Positions 1 to 8,800 of a stretch of DNA of 33,735 nucleotides are shown piece after piece. The stretch lies in the NCBI GenBank assembly GCA_018813975.1, contig JAHJAQ010000028.1, positions 1 to 33,735 on the forward strand. Direction: 5' to 3'. Each line of letters starts with the position of its first letter. The first letter of the stretch is position 1. The notes beneath the pieces were generated by a model, which saw nothing but the letters and a program-made list of their open reading frames with translations, made no database searches and was not told the origin of the DNA. Origin of the DNA: Candidatus Micrarchaeota archaeon. GTDB taxonomy: Archaea > Iainarchaeota > Iainarchaeia > Iainarchaeales > JAGVWC01. Position numbers and translations under genes: made by a program.

Positions 1-1233
1 CAATCCAGTGAGCGTGGAAATCATGTAACTGGGATGATCAATTCGAACCGAATACAAGCCGGTAATATCACTAATAGCAAATTCTACAAAACCATCGATT
101 GCGGTACTCTTGGTAGTGAGTTCTACATTGTTATGGATAAGGGCAACATTTGCATTTTCTATCGGGTTTGCGGTAAGAGCATCGGTTACCAATAATTTTA
201 GTTTGCCAAACACAACCTCTTGTAAGATGGCGGTAAATTCAATGGTTTCATTGGGCCCCAATGTTTTAATATCCCCCACTACACTCGAATCATAATCCGC
301 GTATTTGTTGTGTACCAAGTCACTCGTGTAAATATAGTACGATCCAACCGGAACCTCATTAATTTGTATCGTGCCGGTTGCAGTGGTAGTGCGGGGCGTG
401 AATTCTGTTCCGTTCGCGCGCATGATTTTTACATTAATGCCGCCAATGCCCTTGTCACCGGTATCTTGTACGGTTATAATAATGGTTCCGGTTTCCGTTG
501 GTTCTTCTATAACAGATAACGAAACCGGTCCTGTTGTTAAATAATTAATCGTGCCATCTGCAAAATTAATGCCTGTAGTAGTTGGTGTTGCCATTAAAGT
601 TCCACAATCGGGCGGAATGTTTTCAACCGTAATCGTTCCAGTGCTAGTGGTTAAGTCGGATAAAAAACTTTGATTTGCTGTACACCAAAATCGAATGGAA
701 ACTGGTTTGTTATACAATGCGCCACTGGTAGAATCAATTAAATTAACGGTTTGGGTTGTGGTTTGAATTTCTGGAAGCAACATTATCAATTCGTCTTGTT
801 GACTTTCGTTTAATGTTACTTGAATGGTTTGGGTGTAGAATTCTTCTTTGGAAACTTGAATATCCAATTCAGTTCCGAGTGGCAGGACTCTTTCAAATTT
901 TCCTTGGTCATTGGTAGTGCCGTTAATTGGAGCATGGTCTGTAATGGTAATGGATACAATGGCATTGGATACTGAATTGCCTTGGTTGTCTTGAACGGTT
1001 AGTAACAAGGTTCCGTTTCCAATCAAAAACCCGCCCCATACAAACCAAAAAATAAGGAGTAAAATAATGACAATCAGTGCAATAAAAATTGGGAAAGAAG
1101 GAATGTTCGCGGATTCAATAGCATCTGTCACCGAGTAAACTGGAATGCCATGGCCATCCAGCCAGTCTAAAAAATGATAATACTTTTCCTCGAGAGAAAA
1201 ATAGAATCCTTTTATACGGTCTCCAACGCCCAT
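1..1233 (-). CDS. Surface protein with an N-terminal membrane anchor and carboxypeptidase-regulatory-like/PEGA-type beta-sandwich repeats (5' portion only; 3' end runs off the window)
   Basis: Absent from the ORF track because it is open to the window edge. I hand-translated the reverse complement of 1233..1: ATG at 1233-1231, then 411 codons without a stop. It begins MGVGDRIKGFYFSLEEKYYHFLDWLDGHGIPVYSVTDAIESANIPSFPIFIALIVIILLLIFWF. The first ~68 aa are a clear paralogue of the N-terminus of the 2929-aa protein. Repeats follow, such as LLLTVQDNQGNSVSNAIVSITITD..TNDQGKFE and IIITVQDTGDKGIGGINVKIMRANG..TTATGTIQINEVPVGSYYI, typical of CarboxypepD_reg-like folds. Confidence 0.8.
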   Translation of the reverse strand, partial: MGVGDRIKGFYFSLEEKYYHFLDWLDGHGIPVYSVTDAIESANIPSFPIFIALIVIILLLIFWFVWGGFLIGNGTLLLTVQDNQGNSVSNAIVSITITDHAPINGTTNDQGKFERVLPLGTELDIQVSKEEFYTQTIQVTLNESQQDELIMLLPEIQTTTQTVNLIDSTSGALYNKPVSIRFWCTANQSFLSDLTTSTGTITVENIPPDCGTLMATPTTTGINFADGTINYLTTGPVSLSVIEEPTETGTIIITVQDTGDKGIGGINVKIMRANGTEFTPRTTTATGTIQINEVPVGSYYIYTSDLVHNKYADYDSSVVGDIKTLGPNETIEFTAILQEVVFGKLKLLVTDALTANPIENANVALIHNNVELTTKSTAIDGFVEFAISDITGLYSVRIDHPSYMISTLTGL

Positions 1234-1251
1234 TTTATCACTTTCTCATAG

Positions 1252-1260
1252 TATAAAATT
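1252..1260 (-). promoter_or_regulatory. Candidate archaeal TATA box for the 1..1233 gene
   Basis: The minus strand reads AATTTTATACTATGAGAAAGTGATAAAATG. The TTTTATAC element lies about 19-27 nt upstream of the ATG at 1233, inside a 143-nt AT-rich spacer after the stop of the 469-aa gene. Confidence 0.35.
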
Positions 1261-1376
1261 AACTGGAACTGTTTTTTATTCTTATTCTTTATTATAATTC
1301 TCCTCTATAATAGAGTAAGTAAACAGAAAAGAAGGCATTAGTGCTTTTTAAAGCTTTGGTGGGGTTTTCGCTTTTT

Positions 1377-2786
1377 TTAGGGCTCGCACTTGGCGGCTCC
1401 GCACAACGGATCATCGCAAATCGTTTTGCACAAGCCCAATGTTTCTGGAGACAGGGTATACGAATCCAATACTTGAATGATATATGGTCTGTCAATGTGC
1501 TTGTTTACGCGGTATAATTCATTGTCTTCTGTAAACTTGAATTGTACTTGAAGGGTTCCAGGGCGAAAACAAGTGGTTTCTGAGATCGCGGGGTATCCAG
1601 AATAGGATATCGGGCGTTGTAATGATTCGGGACTGCTATCATAAATTTCACAGTCAACAAGTGTTGTGGTAAAAGGATTGGCAGCATCAATATTCGCTTT
1701 AATACTGCTATCGGGTCCGCATAATAATGCTTCTATAATATTTCGCAGGGCAACATGCGATCCTTCCGCGCCGCCAATTATGCCGGGATTGTACTGCGCA
1801 CTATAATTTGGAATAATGCCTGGAATACCACCAATGTTTTCTGTTGCAATTGGATCGCGGCACGCGTGGTCAGGCCAGTTTGTTCCGCCAGATTGGGTTA
1901 CATTTCCTGTGCGCGGTCCGCATCCAGTATCACACAATCCCGTGCGCACGTTTCCCATGGTATCCCGATAGGGTGAACCGGTTTTAAAAATTTGGTCATC
2001 CGCTACTTGTTTGGTGACAGCTACTGCTTTGAAAATGCGTAATGGAATGTAAATGCGCAAATTACTGCGCGGTAATATTGCGGTTTCTAAAATGTCTCCG
2101 GTAGTAGTGCTTTCTACAATTATTTTGGGAAGGCTTTCATAAACTTCTTGGTCTTCTTGACACGCCGTACTATCAGGGTCGCTTGCAGGATCACAATTAG
2201 AATTAAAAGCACCTAAACTTAAATCCAAGTTTACATAAAACGTTCCAATGTTACAATTGTATTCGTCTTCGCAATCAATGGGTTCAAAAAATTTTTTGCT
2301 TGGATCATCAATAGATTGGGAAATGGTTTGGGTGAGTGCTTGAAACATTGCATCATCATCTTGTTCTAACATAACGGTATATCTTCCAAAGGTGTGCCCT
2401 ATCGCGAGTAAACTACTCAAATAGGTCGTGGTTTCAAAGGCGAATTGTCTTCCTTGGTTGGGGCCGCTGCTTCCAAAATTAGCGGTTACATAATCGGCTA
2501 CTACCTCGTCCCATGGTCGATTTACTGGTTGCGTTAGGGGGAACCAATTGTCTTCTTTGGTTAACCACGTTTCAATTCGAAATCGCAGATTATAAATGAA
2601 TACTTGTAAAGCATCTCCTCGTGCCAGATCCGCCACGGCCTGTATTTCAGCTTGTGATTCTAAGTCTGTCATGGTAGCAATGGCTTTGTCTTCGGTTTGT
2701 GTCATGCTATTCGTGAGAATTACCGTCAAAACAATCATGACAAACGCGACTAAGGCGGTAAACAAATTAAACGCTTTTTGATTCAT
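1377..2786 (-). CDS. Cys-rich secreted protein with a pilin-like N-terminal hydrophobic leader (hypothetical)
   Basis: 469-aa ORF. The N-terminus is MNQKAFNLFTALVAFVMIVLTVILT: short polar head, K-A, then a ~20-aa hydrophobic helix. I count 14 cysteines, all in the predicted extracellular part, including CDTGC and CKTICDDPLCGAAKC clusters. It lies 60 nt downstream of the giant gene on the same strand. Confidence 0.75.
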   Translation of the reverse strand: MNQKAFNLFTALVAFVMIVLTVILTNSMTQTEDKAIATMTDLESQAEIQAVADLARGDALQVFIYNLRFRIETWLTKEDNWFPLTQPVNRPWDEVVADYVTANFGSSGPNQGRQFAFETTTYLSSLLAIGHTFGRYTVMLEQDDDAMFQALTQTISQSIDDPSKKFFEPIDCEDEYNCNIGTFYVNLDLSLGAFNSNCDPASDPDSTACQEDQEVYESLPKIIVESTTTGDILETAILPRSNLRIYIPLRIFKAVAVTKQVADDQIFKTGSPYRDTMGNVRTGLCDTGCGPRTGNVTQSGGTNWPDHACRDPIATENIGGIPGIIPNYSAQYNPGIIGGAEGSHVALRNIIEALLCGPDSSIKANIDAANPFTTTLVDCEIYDSSPESLQRPISYSGYPAISETTCFRPGTLQVQFKFTEDNELYRVNKHIDRPYIIQVLDSYTLSPETLGLCKTICDDPLCGAAKCEP

Positions 2787-2846
2787 GGAATCTGCTTTAA
2801 AAAAGAATTTGAAATTATTAATGATTTCCTTGGAGAAAAAGTGGTT

Positions 2847-5800
2847 TTAGCTGGTTTTATAGCTTTTCCACTTGCGATAGGTTGCAACCGCATCTTCCAA
2901 GAATGGCAAGGGTGCTTCTTTGGTGGGATCATAGTATTGATCAAAGATTTTGCGCACACTCGAATCATCGCTCGAACCCGAATAATAGGTAGCGAGTTTG
3001 GTGGCAGCACATGCTATTTGGTCTCCTGCTGCACTGGGATCGCTTTTCCATAATCCGCTTGGATCACAGGCATTGGGAATTTGATGGCGTTGTTCTAATT
3101 CCATGGCCGTTCCTAAAAGGATTTGGGGAATTTTCTTATCCCTGGCTTCTTCTTCCAAAGTGCGTGCACTTAAGTAATACTGGCTTTGTTCTTTTTGGGT
3201 GGTTTGCTTGCCCTCTGGATTCAAACTAAACGCATACCCATCCAATCCTTTGTCTGCAAATTCTCCTTTACAATCGGTATTCAAAGAGGTAGCGTTTTTG
3301 GGAATCATTGAAAGGTCTTTTACTTTATTGAATTCAAATGTTTTATGGGTTTTTCCATCGTCTTTTTTGATTTCTTTTACCGTAATCTTGTAAGTGGCCC
3401 CTTTTTGCAGTTCAATGTTTTGCAAAACATCCCCTTTTTCGGTGCGAATGGGCTGGCCGTCTTTTCCAATGGCCGGTGTTCCTTTGAGCTCACTGGTATC
3501 GGCATTTACTTTGGCAGGTTCATCTAAAGTGGCTTGTGCCATTTTCAATCCAACCGCATTGGATAATACGCCACAGGCAATTCCCCTGCCCAAACCGCCT
3601 AAGAATCTTCTAAATCGTTTAAACCATCCAATTCCTTCTTCAGAGGTGTTAGCAATTACTTTAGAGGTTAGTTCCGCTAACTCATCTTTGAATGCACTGC
3701 GAATTCCTTTTTGTACGTTGTCTGGCGCTGCATTAATGCCTGCTTTGAAACCGCGTTCTACATTCTTTTCGCCACCCGCTGCTAGGCTTGTTTCAATGCG
3801 TTGTATCATATTGTCTAACTGCCCACCACTTACTTTGGTACCGCTTTTACTAACAATTTGATCCGCGATGTCTCTGACCGCTTGTTGCGCGGGCACACTC
3901 AATCCTTGTTCGAGTGTTCTAAGGGCGGTAGAAACTTCTGTGCGTGCATTTCCAAATGCCGCGCGCATTGCCGCTTCGTCTGCTGCGCCACTAATCGCAC
4001 GTGTTTGGGTTTGGAATGCGGTTTGAATGCTTTGTTCTAATTGGCTTCGCTCTGCAGCGGAAAAATTACTCCAGCTTGCACTATTGCGAATTCTTTCCAT
4101 AAACCGCGTCCAAACCCCATTGCGTGCTTCTCTAATATTGAAAGCGCCGCCCGCCGGTGCTTTAATATCATCAAATGTAAAACCGCTCAAAACATTTTCA
4201 TAATTTTTGGTTACAGTTCCTTGTACGGTAATGGGGCCATAGGATTCTGCCATTTTTGCGGCGGCAACATCTTGTAGGCTGGCTGCTTGATTGGCTAAAG
4301 TACTGCCTGCTTTTAGTTTGCCTTGGTTTTTAACTGAAAATTCAATTAGTTTTTCATTTAAATTGCTTTTTTTCACGGCTTCTTGTGTGAGTGTTTCTAG
4401 TGTTGCTTTTTTGGCAGCGGTACTGGTATTAAAAAATAATTTTGACTTGTCCGCTGCAATCTTAGCTCTAAAGGTTTCTTTCAAATTCTTGGTGAGTTCT
4501 TTTTCCAGCATGCTTTTGAGTTCTCTTCTCGCAAGCAGTCCTGATTTCATTTGTTGCTCTACCACTTGGTCTGCAATATCCTCTGCAATTCGTTTAGCGG
4601 CTACGCTCGAAGTACTTTTCGTCAAATAATTATTGTACTTTAGTCCTTTGATTAATGATTTGCCGCTCACACCGCCTAATATTCCTACTAAATCGCCTTC
4701 TTGTTTTTCGCCAGGAGTTCCGGGGAATAATCCTTCTACTTTTTCTGCAATATAACTGGAAACCCCGCCCATTTTTTCGAGGATAAATTCGCGAACGCCT
4801 TTTAATCCTTCCGCCCAAGTTCCTTCGGTGTAAGGCGCGGCCATCCATAATGCTGGGCCCACACAATCAAAGATCGGACCCCATAACCATCCATAAAATC
4901 CAACGGTTTTAATGCCATTACAGGCAGCGGATGTTGTAATGCACGGCGTCCAATAGGTTTCTAAGGGATTGGTCCATTCTCCCCCTATTCCCGGAATGGG
5001 AAAACCAAAAATAGCGCTTAAATGCTTGTCTCTTTGGGCTTGTTCCCCTACTTTTTGTTTGATTTCATCTACGCCAGGACCTTGCAATAGCTTGTCTTCA
5101 TCTTTAAGGTCTCCTTGATCTGCCATGGCATTAATAATGTCTTTCAAATTTGTGGAATTGGGTTCTCCTTTCCAGCCGGGTGTTCCAAAATACTCTCCTG
5201 GTTTTAAAGAAGACAATTTGTTTACCAGATCATACGGGTGGATGCCACACACTTGGTAGGTAATTTTTTTGGTATTGCTTTGTCGAATCGGATCAATAGT
5301 GGATTGGGCGGTTACCTCTATTTTTTCGGCTTTTATGGATAAGGAAAACTGATCGTTTCCTTCCACACACAACGAAGCAATTACGGTATAATTTTTCGTA
5401 GTGTCATTGTATTCTAGTTCAATGGCATCATCTTCTTCATTTAAAATTTTGTCGTGATCGTCAAAGGGGCGAATGGTAATGCGTGCAAGACCATTGTTTT
5501 TGGTCATGATTTCTTTTTTGTTTGTGCGCAGTTTCACACTTTCTTTTATGGGAGAAATCACATTCAAGTCAATGCACGATAATTCATTGGGCAGTACATT
5601 AATGGTGTCGGGCCCTTTCAATTCCAAATCGCCTAATTTTTCAGTTGAACCCAAAATGAAATAAGAGTGGTCTTTTGCAATGCATCCTTTTCCTGCTTGA
5701 ATGCGTTGTTTTTTCAGGGCAGAAATGGAATTGGCTGCTTCTTTTGCTAAATCTTTTTGATTGGTGCCTTCCGTATTCAGTGCTTGGTTTATTGTGGCAA

Positions 5801-8800
5801 GGGTTGTTTTGGGTTCATCGCTTAGTGTACCGGGTTCTAATTCTATTTTTACCAATCCATTGGAAACTTCTCCAAATTCCAAGTGAATCTTGTTACTGCC
5901 CGTGTTTTCATATACCCTTCCATCCACAGTTCCAAAAAATTCTTGGGCAAATGCCGCTCCCACTTCACTTAATTTCAATTCTGCTTCTACCAATCCCACC
6001 CAAGTTCCAAAGGGGTTATCGCCCGTCATGCCTTCATCGGTTGGCAAAAAGTTCAGGACATTTTCAATTTGGTTCGTGCACTCTGGAGTGAGTTCGCGTT
6101 GTTGTACATTAATGGATAAAATAAATCCTTCGTTTCGAATTTGGTTTTGCTGTACAAATGCGGCTCCATTTAGTTTGATTCGGTATTTGCCGCAACCGCG
6201 CAGCAGATTGCTTACAAACAAAAAGTTGGGAAATCCTGTTTGGGCTACGCTTTTGGCATCGCATTCAATGCCCGAACAATATCCCACTGAATAATTCGTT
6301 AGGCTGGCGGGTCCTTTTTCCGCGAATTCTTTTTGGAGCAATTCAACAGCCACTAAATCGTTTTGCAAGAACAAGTCAAAGCTGTCCGAGGGAACTCCCA
6401 ATTCTGTAAAGGTACAGGCTTTTTGTTCTGCAGTATTCACGCAACCAATAAAATTTTCCAGTTGGTTGTTGCTATTCCCAATCGCATTTTGCACTTGATT
6501 GATTTTGTTATCTAGTTTTTCGCCCAAGAATTGGGCTGCTTGTGTCGCGTCACAATATCCTTTTTCACAATCGGCATTGCGCGATATTTTTGGGAAGCGA
6601 ACGCTTTCTTTTGTTCCTGGCGGAATGCCTTCTTCTATGCACACGTCCATGGTATAGGGCTCTGATGCCAGTCCCGTGCTAACCGCCATTTCACCCAATT
6701 CTACTCGGCTTTGCAATCGATTGGATTGAATAAATTTTTGGGTTAATTGGGTTAAGCCTGCCACACTGATTCCCAGGTTTTCGTTTTTGTAATCCCCTTG
6801 CTTGGCTAAGCGAACGATAAATTCTGCTTCCAAGTCTCGTTCTAAATAATCCGTGGTTATTGGCACCAGTAATAGTCCATTGGCACCGATTTGGTTGGGT
6901 TCTATTCCCACTACTCTCACGGCTTCTTCGCATGTGTTTCGAATTCGAACCTTTTTGTCAATTACCCCGAATCGACTTTCCGTGCTAATAAACTCTAAAT
7001 CATCCACTGGTGTTAGGAACAGGCAATTCAAGGCACTAACATGAATCCAAACATCAATATTGCGGAGTACGTGAACCTTTCCATCAATTTCACCCGTAAC
7101 CGTTAAGTAGGAATGAACTAGTCGTCCTTTTTCCGTGCCCCCTCTTTTTTCCGCTACTACTAATTTGGGTGGAAACACTACTTGTCCTTTTGGTAGCACG
7201 GGTACATTTCCAAATGGAATTACGCGAAGGCTCACGCCTTCCAAATAAGAGTTTCCCCCAACTTCTACTCGAAGGTTTTCAATATCCTCTGCCCCTATGT
7301 TTCGCAAGAACAAGGGGCTGGAAGTGATTACGGGTTCTCCTTTTTGGCTTTGGCTTAAAAACAATACAATGCTATCGCTCGTGGCGATTGCAAATCGAGA
7401 ATCCCAAATAATAACATTAAGTGGAATGCTTTTGTTAATGCTGTCCGCCTCAAACAATACTTCAAAAGCATAGTTTTGTTGTTGGGGCAGCATGCGATCG
7501 CGTTTATTGGAAATATGAATCGTGGTTGGAATGGTTTCATTGGGTTGAATGGAAAAACTTGGCACTACAATTTCCAGTCCATTGTCTCCGCCACCCGCTA
7601 TTTTTTCAAGTGCTTTTCCTGTTAATTGTAAGGCGTGCGGGCAGTTATTGGTTACTTGTAATTCTATTTCTTTTGCGGTTTGGTCATAAGCAGAATATAC
7701 ATTCGAAAAAATGTTTCCGCTTCCCCCGTAAGGAGAATTGTTTGAATAATTATAATTGTTATTGAATGGCGAGTACTGTGAATTGTTGTAATAACTGCTG
7801 TCATTATTACTAAAAAAGCGTGGCGAATACTGGTTGTTAGCATAGTCCTGATTGTAGTAACTGTTGTCATAAGCGCTCTGTTGATAGTACGGGTCTTGGC
7901 TATAATTTTGATTGTTATAATTTTGGCTGATATAATTGCTTTGTTGCGGATACCCGCTATTGTATCGCCAAGGTTCATTATAGGTGTCATAATCGTATTG
8001 GTTGTTATTCAAGTATTGCGAAGAATACGGGGTGTTGTATTGCCCTGGATTAGCATAATACTGGTTTTGATTCAGCTCATCATAATAGGGCGAACGATTG
8101 GCCGGATTCATATAGGCCGGTGAATTATAATTGTAGGGGCTGCGATAGGCATTTCCATAAGGAGAATAGCCACTATCCCACTGGTTTAAGGGCTGATTGC
8201 CTGCCAGATACACGGTTAGTTCTTTTTTGTCAAAACTCAAACAATTGGAATCAAAGGGCTCGTTGTAGGAAACCGTTACTCGAGTGGAAGCGATCGCGGG
8301 ATATTTTCCTGCTACCATGGCATGCACCATCAAATCAGCTGTTCCGACCACGTGATGATTGCTGTCTCCAATATAGGTTCCGGTTATATCCATGGTTCCT
8401 TTTTGCCTTGCCTTCAATACACTGCTTGTCTGACCAACTACATCTAATTCGAGTGGCCAGCTATCGGGTTTTTGAATTTCAATGGTAATTTCATTCAAGC
8501 TTTGATTGGAAACATTTTCAATGAAAGCACTTTCTGTTCCGCTTTGCTGGTTTTTTGGAATGCTTACAAAAATTTCTTCAGGCAATCGTAGCATGTCATG
8601 CGCACTAATCGTAAATTCATAGTTTGCCGGTGCAAATCCAAAAGCAGTTGCTTTAATGGTAAAAGTACCGGCCCCTAATGATTCTGTAAAGGCGTATTGT
8701 CCATTCAATCCATTGCCTTGCGAATTGTTACCGACAGTACTGGCAACAATGCTGCCGGTTTCGTCTTTAACGTGAATCGTTGCTTTAGTAACAGGATTTC

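Noticed and set aside
1292-1495. 67-aa minus-strand ORF overlapping the 3' end of the 469-aa gene and the spacer
   Set aside because: It overlaps the well-supported 469-aa frame out of phase and runs through the AT-rich promoter/terminator spacer. Its composition is implausible for a protein.
3394-3861. 155-aa + strand ORF (and other + strand ORFs 2778..6294, 8120..8488, 9073..9429) inside the giant gene
   Set aside because: They are antisense to an 8.8-kb uninterrupted ORF with clear domain structure. Their translations are low-complexity, S/L/P/F-rich and lack start-site signals, so they are shadow ORFs.
7664-8123. ORFs 7664..7990 (-) and 7881..8123 (+) with odd I/T/R-rich translations
   Set aside because: These are alternative-frame and antisense readings of the N/Y/Q-rich low-complexity DNA. 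The biased composition suppresses stop codons.
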